Source: a virus
IMG/VR virus record: IMGVR_UViG_3300026088_000013
DNA: 64,000 nucleotides
Reading direction: 5' to 3' (one strand)
Shown here: piece after piece, positions 54,749-64,000 of the stretch
Numbering within the stretch: position 1 is the stretch's first letter
How the letters are laid out: each line of letters opens with the position of its first letter
Notes under the pieces: model-generated
The model's database searches: none
Told to the model about the DNA's origin: nothing
Seen by the model: only the letters and a program-made list of their open reading frames with translations
Position numbers and translations under genes: made by a program

Positions 54749-55140
54749 TTTATGGTTACTTTAAAGTATGCCCAATTGCTTTTTCTGTCACGATCTAAAA
54801 CTTCCATACTGAAGTTATAGTCTCCGGGTTTATCTACGGTGGCAGTTATGGGAATGAATTTAAGGGTGCCGGGAACATATTTGTCGTCTTTTTTATCTCC
54901 CCATACGGAGCTATTTGGGGAGAAGGTTATATGGGCTCCGTCGGGACTACCGGCAGCCATATCGAAACCATAAGAGCAAACATCGCCTTCGCTTTTATCG
55001 GCGGTTAGGGTTATGTTGCGCCCATTAACGACAAATTCAGGAACAGCCTTTAATGGCTTTATTGCTTCACTCATGGCGTTGTTTGTTTTATTGCAGGATA
55101 TAAGTGCAAAGGTAGAGAGAATTAAGAATAGTGTTTTCAT
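54745..55140 (-). CDS. Lipoprotein with PKD/Ig-like domain
   Basis: Lipobox LIS-C; ITLTADKS...PGDYNFSMEVLD. Confidence 0.7.
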   Translation of the reverse strand: MKTLFLILSTFALISCNKTNNAMSEAIKPLKAVPEFVVNGRNITLTADKSEGDVCSYGFDMAAGSPDGAHITFSPNSSVWGDKKDDKYVPGTLKFIPITATVDKPGDYNFSMEVLDRDRKSNWAYFKVTIK

Positions 55141-55343
55141 ATTAACGGTGATTTTTGTTCGTCATTTATCCAATCCAAAAGTTTATTGGCATCGGAAATG
55201 AGTTGATATACGGAAGAAGGCTTTTGATTTGTATTGGCAACCATTTTTAAAAGTTCATATCTAGTTCTAGATCCGTCTGTCCTAAATTTCAATGGCTGAC
55301 TTCCAAATTCATCAATGATCGATTTTAACTTTTCTGCTTCCAT
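55137..55343 (-). CDS. Hypothetical protein
   Basis: 68 aa, overlapping neighbours. Confidence 0.65.
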   Translation of the reverse strand: MEAEKLKSIIDEFGSQPLKFRTDGSRTRYELLKMVANTNQKPSSVYQLISDANKLLDWINDEQKSPLI

Positions 55344-55545
55344 TATTCTTTAGGTTTAGTGGGTATTGTCCAATGGGTTACAACGCCTTCAATTACGTTC
55401 CCTTCGCTATCGTGAAATATAAATTCCTTTCCCGATGCGTTATGCTTTATTTCAGCGAGTATGCCTTCTGCCCACGAAGGTATTTCAAACCACAGAACCA
55501 ATGCTTGCTGAAAAGGGGGTTCTTTACCGGGTAGTTTATTCCATT

Positions 55546-55549
<4 letters not shown>
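55343..55549 (-). CDS. Hypothetical protein, DUF551-like pattern
   Basis: MKWNKL..K.PP...VTHW. Confidence 0.6.
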
Positions 55550-56347
<798 letters not shown>

Positions 56348-56370
56348 TTATTGGGTTTTATTGTTTGGGG

Positions 56371-56583
56371 TTATGAAATTGTCCACGACTTTTTTTCAGC
56401 AACGTTTCCGGGGGATTGAGCGCCGCCATACCAATTATCCCTAAGTCTTGTTGCAGTAGTGAATGCGGTCAGGGAATCTTGGATATATTTGCAAAGAATA
56501 AAGTCGGGAGTATTGCTATCGTTTTCTTTGTTGTGTTTGTTGATTAAATTTTCCAACTCACGCTCAAAACTTAATTCTGGCAT
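56371..56583 (-). CDS. Phage hypothetical protein
   Basis: LENLIN.H.KEN.SNTPDFIL...RDNWY; start moved to ATG 56583. Confidence 0.75.
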   Translation of the reverse strand: MPELSFERELENLINKHNKENDSNTPDFILCKYIQDSLTAFTTATRLRDNWYGGAQSPGNVAEKKSWTIS

Positions 56584-56596
56584 ATTAGGAGTTTTG

Positions 56597-56723
56597 TTCT
56601 TGCAGCGGCCCCGTTGTAGTAGTCCAGACACCATGAAGGAGAGAGGGCATCGGCACCGCTGCAAGAAAATATATAATTTATGTTTTGTTTTTATTTTTCA
56701 TGGTTCATATTCGACTACTACAA
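56597..56723 (-). ncRNA. Candidate structured RNA/leader
   Basis: Perfect 12 bp inverted repeat 56597-56608/56656-56667 and perfect 11 bp inverted repeat 56614-56624/56713-56723. Confidence 0.55.
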
Positions 56724-56752
56724 GGCTAAGATAAGCACTATTCCGGATTAAC

Positions 56753-56760
56753 CAAATTTA
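56753..56760 (-). promoter_or_regulatory. -7 element upstream of structured leader
   Basis: TAAATTTG on - strand. Confidence 0.5.
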
Positions 56761-56763
56761 TTT

Positions 56764-57282
56764 TTACGAATATTCGATGTTTTCGCCCCAACAAAGAATC
56801 TGGCCACGAAATTCTTTGGGTTTATCAAAGTTAGGCATAAGCCAATACATCATATCCTCCACCGAAAGTCCGTCGTTTCTGGCAAGCTCTTCCACTTCGT
56901 GATCTTCCATCCAATATTTTCCGTTGATTGAGTATACCCCGTTTAAATCCATTTCAAAATTCCAAATCTTTTTAATCTGAATAGGTGGTGCAAACTGTAT
57001 TTGTTTACTTGTATATGGTTTTCCAGACCACACACGCGGACTAAACCAATCGCCAACTTTCCATCGGTTTCCTCTACGAATGGTATGATATTTAGGCCAT
57101 ATGGTATCTGTTTTTAATTGGCTAACAGCTAGATCACATTCAGGAAGTTTTCTATAATATTCATCTTCCATCTCAATTCCTTCTACGGCAATATATTCCC
57201 ATATCTTTTCAACGAAATAAGTTGGCTGTCCCTTGCGTGGATGTTTTGCAGGAAAATTTCTACTAAAAGTTATCACCTTCAT
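56764..57282 (-). CDS. ASCH/PUA-like domain protein
   Basis: FVEKI...KYHTIRRG.RWKVGD...RVWSGKPY. Confidence 0.55.
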   Translation of the reverse strand: MKVITFSRNFPAKHPRKGQPTYFVEKIWEYIAVEGIEMEDEYYRKLPECDLAVSQLKTDTIWPKYHTIRRGNRWKVGDWFSPRVWSGKPYTSKQIQFAPPIQIKKIWNFEMDLNGVYSINGKYWMEDHEVEELARNDGLSVEDMMYWLMPNFDKPKEFRGQILCWGENIEYS

Positions 57283-57458
57283 AACTTAGGAGATTTAATA
57301 GTTATATAAAAGAATAAAAGGTAAATATGAAAGAAGCCTTTACCCAAATGGAATCCCAATAGAGCCCCTTCATATCCTTCTATTTCTATCCCTAGTATCT
57401 CAAAAGTAAAATGGTTCCATTGATTCCATTCTAACTGTATGGGGGTTATTCTTTTCAT
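57279..57458 (-). CDS. Hypothetical protein (59 aa, not in track)
   Basis: MKRITPIQLEWN...SPKL; TAATG and ATGA overlaps with both neighbours. Confidence 0.65.
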   Translation of the reverse strand: MKRITPIQLEWNQWNHFTFEILGIEIEGYEGALLGFHLGKGFFHIYLLFFYITIKSPKL

Positions 57459-57970
57459 TAAAGTTTAATTGGGTTAAAAATTACCAGCATAGAAGGGAAT
57501 GGAGCCGGATTCTTTTTACCTATTTTACCGTATAGTGTATTTAGTTTGCCGTTTATAATTTCCTGTTCCCAAACCCATTGCCAATAAGCATCGGAACCGA
57601 AGATAAGACGCCCCTTTAAAAATTCAACCTCAACATTCTTTTTACGATAAATGTAGTTGTGAAAAAACAATGTATCTGTACGTGCGGGCATTAAGCCAAC
57701 TATCATAGCATTCCCATCTGCGGCTTCTGACCATGCTTTTTTAACCCACGTTCCAAGAGGTCTTCCATAGGGGCTGTTCATCCAGCATCTTCCCGACCAC
57801 TTTTGTTCCAACCCGTTATCTGATTCAGTAAAATACTTTTCGCACTTAGCACTTTCTATGGAAGCAGCTACATCTAAAGTAAATCCGAATCTTGCATTTT
57901 GCTTATCAAAGAATTCTTGCGGAGTATCCCATGCCTGATTTTTCGATGAAAACATTAGTTGGTTGTTCAT
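57458..57970 (-). CDS. Phage N6-adenine DNA methyltransferase
   Basis: WDTPQEFFD, FTLDVAAS, WMNSPYG, PARTDT, FLKGRL.F, APFPS. Confidence 0.92.
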   Translation of the reverse strand: MNNQLMFSSKNQAWDTPQEFFDKQNARFGFTLDVAASIESAKCEKYFTESDNGLEQKWSGRCWMNSPYGRPLGTWVKKAWSEAADGNAMIVGLMPARTDTLFFHNYIYRKKNVEVEFLKGRLIFGSDAYWQWVWEQEIINGKLNTLYGKIGKKNPAPFPSMLVIFNPIKL

Positions 57971-57979
57971 TCTTTATGT

Positions 57980-58258
57980 TTAATGGGTGGATCTTCTTAA
58001 TACTCTACTAATTGTGTTTTCACTTACGCCGTACTTTTTTCCTAGTGTTGCCATAGCATACCCTCTATCATATTGTTCTTTTATTCTTTGAATTTGTTTA
58101 TCACTTAAATTAGAAGGCATAAAACCCGGAGTGTTCATTAACGACTGCCTTACATCAAATATTTCATACGGGGTAGTAAGATTGTATTGGACTATTTTTG
58201 TTAATTCTAATAGTTCCTCATTCTTAATTACAAAGCCGTCTAGATGGAGTTCGTACAT
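57980..58258 (-). CDS. Protein with C-terminal HTH
   Basis: LSDKQIQRIK...LGKKYGVSENTISRVL. Confidence 0.75.
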   Translation of the reverse strand: MYELHLDGFVIKNEELLELTKIVQYNLTTPYEIFDVRQSLMNTPGFMPSNLSDKQIQRIKEQYDRGYAMATLGKKYGVSENTISRVLRRSTH

Positions 58259-58270
58259 AAATAAATAACA

Positions 58271-58477
58271 TTATTCCGGCCTAAATTTAGACCTGATATT
58301 ATTTAAAAATTCATCCGCTTCATTTCTTGTTTCAAATAAGCCAATAGGAATATAATCAGTTTCAATGCCTAATAATCCATTTTCGGTATTTGCTTCTAAC
58401 ATAGACTTTACAGTGTGAGAGTGAAATGCCTTTTGTTTTACAGAATATTCTACTACTATTAGTTTTGTAATATCCAT
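58271..58477 (-). CDS. Hypothetical protein
   Basis: 68 aa in operon. Confidence 0.65.
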   Translation of the reverse strand: MDITKLIVVEYSVKQKAFHSHTVKSMLEANTENGLLGIETDYIPIGLFETRNEADEFLNNIRSKFRPE

Positions 58478-58479
58478 GT

Positions 58480-59937
58480 TTAATCATTTATTGGTTTCCA
58501 ATTTTGTTGCGAATGTTGAGGAGTATAAACCTCCACATAATTATCACTAAAAAACATAGTTGGGCCTGTAAACCTCATTGCAACGTGCTTAGTAGAACCG
58601 TGTCTATTTTTTGCAATATTCCCTATGCATAGTCCTAAAGGGTGATATTCTGTTTCTCCGATTTGCACAGGTTCGGTCATATGATAATATTCCGGACGCA
58701 TTAAAAAAACAACCTCATCAGCGTCTTGTTCTATACCGCCTGATTCTCTTAAATCGCTTAATTGGGGCATTTTGTCAGGACGTGATTCTACGGCTCGACT
58801 TAATTGACTTAGGGCTATAACTGGAATTTCCAATTCCTTTGCGATACATTTTAATGCGCGACTTATATCAGATACGATTTGTTCTCGATTTTTTCCTTTA
58901 GTGTCTGTACCATTCATTAGTTGAATGTAATCAACTACAAGATATTTAATCCCATGTTTTTTTTTAAGTAGGGCACACCGGGTTCGAATATCTCTTACAT
59001 TAATGCTCGTTTTATCCTCTATAAAAATAGGGCAAGCAGAAATTTTATCCACGCTTGCACCTAAAATTAAATCTTGCTCTTTTGATGTTGTTCCATTTCT
59101 GATTTGTTCGTGAGGTATCCCGCTGTCAATAGATGCTAATCTCCTCATAAGTTGCACACCATCCATTTCTAAAGAAAACCATGCACAAGGAATATTGTTT
59201 TTTACTGATGTATTGTAAGTTATGGATAATGCGCAAGCCGTTTTACCTTGTCCCGGCCTTGCGGCAAGTATAATTAAATCCGGCGCAACCAATCCACAGA
59301 TAGTTTTATCTAATGCCGTGAGGCCAGTTTTAATGCCCAATACACCGGTTTCTTTTACGGATGCATGTTGTTCCAATACTTTCATGCCATAATAGGCCAT
59401 ATCCCTAGTAGTGCCTCCCAATACCCGTTCCTGAATGTTCTGTAATGCGGTATCGGTATCTCTGATTATATCAAATGCATCCGTTGAATCTTCGTAGGCT
59501 TCGGCCAAAGCAGTTTGGCAAGTTTGGATTGTTTCCCGCTTCAAATACATTTCAGAAATGATAAGTATATGGGATTCGATATTAGCACCGCTTACTACTG
59601 AATTAGTTATTCTTACTACGGCATAAGGGCCACCTACTATTTCAAGATTACTATCTTTTTTTAGTTGCTCTATTACGACGCCTATATCAATGGGATGATT
59701 CCTATCATATATTTTTTGAATAGCAGAAAATATTCTTTGATGAGAATCCAAATAAAACATTTCTGGAAAGACACGGGACATACAGGTGGTTACACAGTTA
59801 GCATCTAACATAAGAGCCCCTAAAATAACTTCTTCAATATCTTTTGCTTGTGGAGGAATTTTCCCGTAAATCAATGTTGAAAGATCAATCCCATTTCGGC
59901 GCTTATTTCGGTCTTTATTCAAATTAGTTAAGTCCAT
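58480..59937 (-). CDS. dnaB: Replicative DNA helicase
   Basis: PPQAKDIEE.ILGAL; AARPGQGKT; FSLEM; VVDYIQLM; LSQLSR; SDLRESGGIEQDAD; AKNRHG. Confidence 0.97.
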   Translation of the reverse strand: MDLTNLNKDRNKRRNGIDLSTLIYGKIPPQAKDIEEVILGALMLDANCVTTCMSRVFPEMFYLDSHQRIFSAIQKIYDRNHPIDIGVVIEQLKKDSNLEIVGGPYAVVRITNSVVSGANIESHILIISEMYLKRETIQTCQTALAEAYEDSTDAFDIIRDTDTALQNIQERVLGGTTRDMAYYGMKVLEQHASVKETGVLGIKTGLTALDKTICGLVAPDLIILAARPGQGKTACALSITYNTSVKNNIPCAWFSLEMDGVQLMRRLASIDSGIPHEQIRNGTTSKEQDLILGASVDKISACPIFIEDKTSINVRDIRTRCALLKKKHGIKYLVVDYIQLMNGTDTKGKNREQIVSDISRALKCIAKELEIPVIALSQLSRAVESRPDKMPQLSDLRESGGIEQDADEVVFLMRPEYYHMTEPVQIGETEYHPLGLCIGNIAKNRHGSTKHVAMRFTGPTMFFSDNYVEVYTPQHSQQNWKPIND

Positions 59938-60788
59938 TAGCCGTTAAGTTTGAGTTTAATTTTTGTTGGATCTTTTTCTTTTTGAGCTGTAGACATTTTT
60001 TGAACAAGCCGTTGCCACTCCTTAACGGTACTCAAGTCTGTTAAAGAACGAGTAATTAACCAGTCGTCTTTTTTAATAAACTCTATTATTTTATCCCAAC
60101 TTGCCAGCACATCAGGCATTTTACCATTTAGAATTTCTGATTTTTTAAATTTTTTCATACCTCCAATATGATAAGCTATTTGCAAGGCGGCTGAATAATC
60201 GGTCTCTTTGTCGAAGAAATACCCCGGATTTTTATCGGTAAATCTTCTTACCATTTCGACTACTAAATACATAAAAACGTTTTTTTCATTTTCGGCAATC
60301 TTTATACTATTCTTACTCTCTAATTGATCTATAATCCTTAATAGATCTTCATTTTCAACTTCAGGGTTTGCTGCTGGTTTTGCTAGGGCAAATTTTACTA
60401 ATTTTTCTTTCGTTATGGCCCCCCCCTTACTACCTGACTTAGAACGAGTTAAACTAATTTCACCATCCCTTACCATACGTTTTTGAACTAAATAATCCCC
60501 CTCAATAAATAGGCATTTTTCGGCTAAAAGTTCCCCAAGTGCAAGCAAAATAGTATCAAGCGGGTAAGGAAAGTGCCTAGCAAGTTTAGCAGCAAAATCC
60601 TGAATTTGCTGCCCGGTTTGCTTATCTTTTTGCCTAAGCAAAATAGTCCCATATGGGTCTGACTTGTGCATAACGCACATAATTCTTATATATACTCCCG
60701 TTGCTGCCGCCGAACATTCCATTAGTTTTTCATCTGTTAGAAAATCCTGAATATACAAAGGCAGATATGGTTGATCCCTTAAAGCCAT
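59937..60788 (-). CDS. Replication initiator (YdaU/DUF1376-like N-terminus)
   Basis: PYLPLYIQDFL.D....CS....GVYIRIMC; upstream of dnaB. Confidence 0.75.
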   Translation of the reverse strand: MALRDQPYLPLYIQDFLTDEKLMECSAAATGVYIRIMCVMHKSDPYGTILLRQKDKQTGQQIQDFAAKLARHFPYPLDTILLALGELLAEKCLFIEGDYLVQKRMVRDGEISLTRSKSGSKGGAITKEKLVKFALAKPAANPEVENEDLLRIIDQLESKNSIKIAENEKNVFMYLVVEMVRRFTDKNPGYFFDKETDYSAALQIAYHIGGMKKFKKSEILNGKMPDVLASWDKIIEFIKKDDWLITRSLTDLSTVKEWQRLVQKMSTAQKEKDPTKIKLKLNG

Positions 60789-61105
60789 TGAGTATTATAT
60801 TTAGGTTGTATGGACTTGATTAATTCCTTCTCAATAGCCTTAAAATTCTCTTTTTCTAAAAAAAAGAATTGGATGTAGTTGTATGTTTTTTTTAATGCTC
60901 TAAGAACTTCATGTTTTCCATATCTTATCTGTAAATTATTTGAACTTCCCACATATAAAATGTTATGTATTACACTCTTGTCAAAAAGGGTTATATCCGT
61001 ATGAACTAAAAGATAAACGCCTGAAGCGGCCGGAGGAAGTTTAAAATTTCTATCATACGTATTTAGAGTAAACCATTCTTCTGGATTAAATTCAAATTTG
61101 GCCAT
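60779..61105 (-). CDS. GIY-YIG nuclease family protein
   Basis: SGVYLL...YVGSS.NL..R...HE...EKELIK..QPKYN. Confidence 0.85.
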   Translation of the reverse strand: MAKFEFNPEEWFTLNTYDRNFKLPPAASGVYLLVHTDITLFDKSVIHNILYVGSSNNLQIRYGKHEVLRALKKTYNYIQFFFLEKENFKAIEKELIKSIQPKYNTQWL

Positions 61106-61123
61106 TCTAATTGGTTATTGGGC

Positions 61124-61146
61124 AAAAAAACGCCCCTGAAAAGGGC
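61124..61146 (-). terminator. Terminator in leader of replication operon
   Basis: gccctt-ttc-aggggc then g ttttttt on - strand. Confidence 0.55.
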
Positions 61147-61325
61147 TGTGTCGGCAGCGCACTTTAAAGAGGCGAGAAGGTTTTTACTTTCTTCTAAAAG
61201 GAAACCTCATATCAGATCGTCCGACAACGAAAGTGTTATGAGGTTGTAGTAAATCATATACACTAAACTATGAATGATCCTTATCATGGCAAAATCTATT
61301 TTAAATACTTGCCTGTAATCAAGAA

Positions 61326-61718
61326 TTAAAGGATATCCTGCCACTCCATAAGTTCTCCTCCTATATAATCGGAATCTGTCTTTGATTCATACTTATCACA
61401 TTCTAAAGGCATACGTATGGTATCGGGTTCAGTTACAACAGGATGACGCTTTCTTTCTGCTATATAAGAGTACATTTTTTGCCCGGTTAGCTGGCAGGTA
61501 AAAGTGGTGCGGGTTCCGGTGAACTTTATTTCATCCTTGCATCCTTCATATTCCTCCTTCCCTTGGACTAAATTTTTACACATTTGGAAACATAGGTGAT
61601 TATTCGCCGGGTTCTGGCTGCAATACTTTTCGTGTCGGGTAGCATCTCCTTTTCGGAAATGTTTCTTTCCACAATAGTCGCATTTATGTACTGTATAATT
61701 TGGTAGAGGGGTAGGCAT
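61326..61718 (-). CDS. Zinc-finger protein
   Basis: CDYC...HEKYC, C..MC, CQ...C. Confidence 0.7.
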   Translation of the reverse strand: MPTPLPNYTVHKCDYCGKKHFRKGDATRHEKYCSQNPANNHLCFQMCKNLVQGKEEYEGCKDEIKFTGTRTTFTCQLTGQKMYSYIAERKRHPVVTEPDTIRMPLECDKYESKTDSDYIGGELMEWQDIL

Positions 61719-61737
61719 AAGTATTTATTTTATATGG

Positions 61738-62244
61738 TTAAATATTTAGCCATTCCGGACGGGATAAGGTTTGTCTTTTTTCTCTTAGTTTTTTGTATTC
61801 ACTTTCTTTTAATAAGCAACTTCCTGCATCGTCCCAAATGCGTTGTTTTGTAAAGTCATCTTCCGGGAGCTTAATTCCGTACTCCGATAGCCATTCTGGT
61901 ATAAGGTCGTAACTCCACCATGTCGCTCCATTAAGGTATTCATTAATTAGTTTCCTGTTAGTGGCATCAGAAGTTTTAACCCCATCATACAAGGTAAAAT
62001 TCGCAGCAACATTTCCATAATCAATGTCATATCCTTTGTATTTTACAAGGAGCCAATTACCGGAGGGGCTATCGGGGGCCATATTTACAAACATAGTATG
62101 GCCGTCTTCTGTTCTTAGTGACTCCCATTTTGCCGTATGCTTTCGTGTGCAAACTATAATTGGATGATAGGGCGCATTGTGGTGTTTGGATTTGGGGCCA
62201 CGAACTATTAAGTATAGGCTTCTGGCAGTTATTAATTTAGTCAT
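61738..62244 (-). CDS. Hypothetical protein
   Basis: 168 aa in operon. Confidence 0.7.
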   Translation of the reverse strand: MTKLITARSLYLIVRGPKSKHHNAPYHPIIVCTRKHTAKWESLRTEDGHTMFVNMAPDSPSGNWLLVKYKGYDIDYGNVAANFTLYDGVKTSDATNRKLINEYLNGATWWSYDLIPEWLSEYGIKLPEDDFTKQRIWDDAGSCLLKESEYKKLREKRQTLSRPEWLNI

Positions 62245-62247
62245 ATG

Positions 62248-62679
62248 TTATTTTATAGGGTTAAGTAATTCAGGATTGTCGTGGATATTTCCAATTACGA
62301 CCCATTGATCTTTATCTATTATAATATCGTTATTAAACCAGTACGTTTTTATAATATCCATACTGGTATTTAAACAAGCACCAAATGATGCCGATTCTGT
62401 ATTAAATCCAACCAAAAGATTACTTGCGAAAGCACCCATAATAATATCCCCACTATATATTTTTAAACCATTTTTGTCACTTAACCCTATGTATTGCCCT
62501 ACTGATCCTTGTATTACTTCATAATATTCATTTTTGGGCTCCCAAAGATTTACTGAAGCGTCAGTACACTCCAGCACCCAAAAGCTAATGAAAGTACTTT
62601 TATCATATTCTATACTAAGACTTCCGTAAATCCATTCTCCATTGTCTTTTCTTTTACCACGGAATAAAATTTCACGCAT
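62248..62679 (-). CDS. YopX family protein
   Basis: MREILFRGK...GEWIYG...GQYIG.SDKNG..IY.GDI...VIGNIHDNPELL. Confidence 0.92.
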   Translation of the reverse strand: MREILFRGKRKDNGEWIYGSLSIEYDKSTFISFWVLECTDASVNLWEPKNEYYEVIQGSVGQYIGLSDKNGLKIYSGDIIMGAFASNLLVGFNTESASFGACLNTSMDIIKTYWFNNDIIIDKDQWVVIGNIHDNPELLNPIK

Positions 62680-62710
62680 ATAATTTTTTATTTAATAGGG
62701 GTTAATAGAG

Positions 62711-62968
62711 TTAAATCAATGGGGCTACCACGTTAAAAGTTACGCAATAACCAAGATTACCATCTGCTGCCTTTTTAATTGGATAAAGCTCGTCCATAAG
62801 AATATAGTAAACGATTTTGGGTAATCCTTTCCACTTAGTTTTATCTACGAACTCTTTAAATAAAACATGTTTTGGCGTGGCATCATTGGCTGGTGTGTAA
62901 TATTGCTCTATAGCTACGTCCCTTTTAGCCATTTCTATAACATCTGGACTTAAATTTAATGCTTGCAT
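62711..62968 (-). CDS. Hypothetical protein
   Basis: Start moved to MQALN. Confidence 0.6.
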   Translation of the reverse strand: MQALNLSPDVIEMAKRDVAIEQYYTPANDATPKHVLFKEFVDKTKWKGLPKIVYYILMDELYPIKKAADGNLGYCVTFNVVAPLI

Positions 62969-62969
62969 A

Positions 62970-63338
62970 TTAAAATAGTTGAGTTTGTTTGATGATTTGT
63001 TTTGAATAATCACTAACTGATTTTCCCGGTAAAGCCTTTTCCACTACTGTTTCACTAGACTGTCCGGGTTGGGTGAGTTTCCATGTATAGCCCATAGATC
63101 CAGAAGACATTAAACGCTTAGTTCCGGGACGGTAGATTAATTCCATGCGGGCCATTTCTGAAACTCTTTTCCAAATTTTAGCATGGGGCACCCGGAGGGC
63201 GTCTGCGATCTGCTCTGTAGTACCTTCATCTATTTGAGATAAGGCAAATAGTATATCCTTGTAGGTTTGACGAAGTTGTTCGGGTTGGAGAGCTTTGTAA
63301 GCCTCCTGCGATGTTTCAATTAGTGGTCTTTTAGCCAT
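62970..63338 (-). CDS. Winged-helix DNA-binding protein
   Basis: TS.EAY...IL..L...GT.EQIA..L.......KR.SEM....LI; start MAKRP. Confidence 0.75.
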   Translation of the reverse strand: MAKRPLIETSQEAYKALQPEQLRQTYKDILFALSQIDEGTTEQIADALRVPHAKIWKRVSEMARMELIYRPGTKRLMSSGSMGYTWKLTQPGQSSETVVEKALPGKSVSDYSKQIIKQTQLF

Positions 63339-63517
63339 GTGTTTAAAGTATAAGAAGTTTCTGAAGGCTGATTTTCGTTCGTCCACCTAACTAAAAACCC
63401 TGTTAAGGACTTCCATCCCATTTCTTCCTTTGCCTTAAATAAGGCCCGCTCAAGTCGCATATATTCAGGCTCACTACTTATTAGAACGTTTTTTTGTTTG
63501 GGTTTTATTTTTGCCAT
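63320..63517 (-). CDS. Hypothetical protein, possibly RHH-like
   Basis: KNVLIS..EYMRLERAL.KAK..MG..SLTGFL. Confidence 0.5.
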   Translation of the reverse strand: MAKIKPKQKNVLISSEPEYMRLERALFKAKEEMGWKSLTGFLVRWTNENQPSETSYTLNTWLKDH

Positions 63518-63821
63518 TTGGTTTCTTTTTTAACTCAATTAATCCTTGTTTGTAGATATCTTTGGCAGAATCGGAAACATATTCAGGGGCGCAAATAGCG
63601 AAGCAAACGGATGGTGTTTCCCTAAAGGCCAAATCCCTAACGTCTCCTTTTCTAACCCACGCATCAGCGGCGAATCCGAAGCTAACCGACTTTTGATTTT
63701 TCTTTTCGTTGGCTGTTACGGAACCTACCATATCCATTGTCATAAACACATAATCAGTTGGCTTTATATTGTTTTGTACCCATTTAAGGAATTCCTTTTT
63801 CTTGTAGATAATTGTTGACAT
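63474..63821 (-). CDS. Hypothetical protein
   Basis: Start moved to MSTII. Confidence 0.6.
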   Translation of the reverse strand: MSTIIYKKKEFLKWVQNNIKPTDYVFMTMDMVGSVTANEKKNQKSVSFGFAADAWVRKGDVRDLAFRETPSVCFAICAPEYVSDSAKDIYKQGLIELKKKPNGKNKTQTKKRSNK

Positions 63822-63822
63822 A

Positions 63823-63924
63823 TCAATTACATTTACAGATTGCAAAACATATTATTACCATGAGAAATATTAAAAAGAAGTTCTCATCAAGGAATTGAAA
63901 AAAAGTCATTTTATCTTTTGCCAT
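63823..63924 (-). CDS. Single-TM micro-protein (33 aa, not in track)
   Basis: MAKDKMTFFQFLDENFFLIFLMVIICFAICKCN. Confidence 0.5.
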   Translation of the reverse strand: MAKDKMTFFQFLDENFFLIFLMVIICFAICKCN

Positions 63925-63939
63925 TAGGAGTAGTATTAT

Positions 63940-64000
63940 TTATGGTTCATTTAATTTGGCTGCTTCCATAGCGCGAAACAATGTGGCAACAGCAACCTTT
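63940..64000 (-). CDS. 3' end of a gene entering from beyond the window
   Basis: ...KVAVATLFRAMEAAKLNEP-stop. Confidence 0.4.
   Translation of the reverse strand, partial: KVAVATLFRAMEAAKLNEP

Noticed and set aside
56584-56664. N-terminal extension of the 97 aa track ORF
   Set aside because: TTG start, Cys/Arg-rich and coincident with the RNA stem; ATG 56583 has the normal start context
56597-56667. tRNA-sized stem-closed element
   Set aside because: No T-loop (TTCRA), D-loop or anticodon arm on either strand

Overview
The whole 64 kb window reads as one tailed bacteriophage genome segment, with no host flanks, integrase, tRNA or CRISPR array visible. The host is probably in the Bacteroidota, judging from TAnnTTTG -7 promoters, AT-rich starts without Shine-Dalgarno sequences, an ECF sigma factor and signal peptides with Gln at +1. 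A + strand early block of small genes (651-10538) includes a C5 DNA methyltransferase and the ECF sigma. A long - strand block carries DnaB/initiator replication genes, a glycosyltransferase cluster, GroEL with two co-chaperonins, portal, terminase, capsid, a podovirus (crAss-like) ring/nozzle/ejection module, a tail fibre, a glycoside hydrolase and an interrupted lysis module. The most unusual observations are: (1) the tail fibre and adjacent GH-A hydrolase carry Sec signal peptides and are rich in Bacteroidota O-glycosylation sequons, in a genome that encodes its own glycosyltransferases; (2) several structured intergenic leaders share complementary motifs, reminiscent of c4/CI antisense control; (3) three tiny ribbon-helix-helix genes missed by the ORF track sit at divergent promoters; (4) a C-rich/G-rich mirror region lies at 951-1410. 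All functional calls come from motif recognition by eye; no database search was run.
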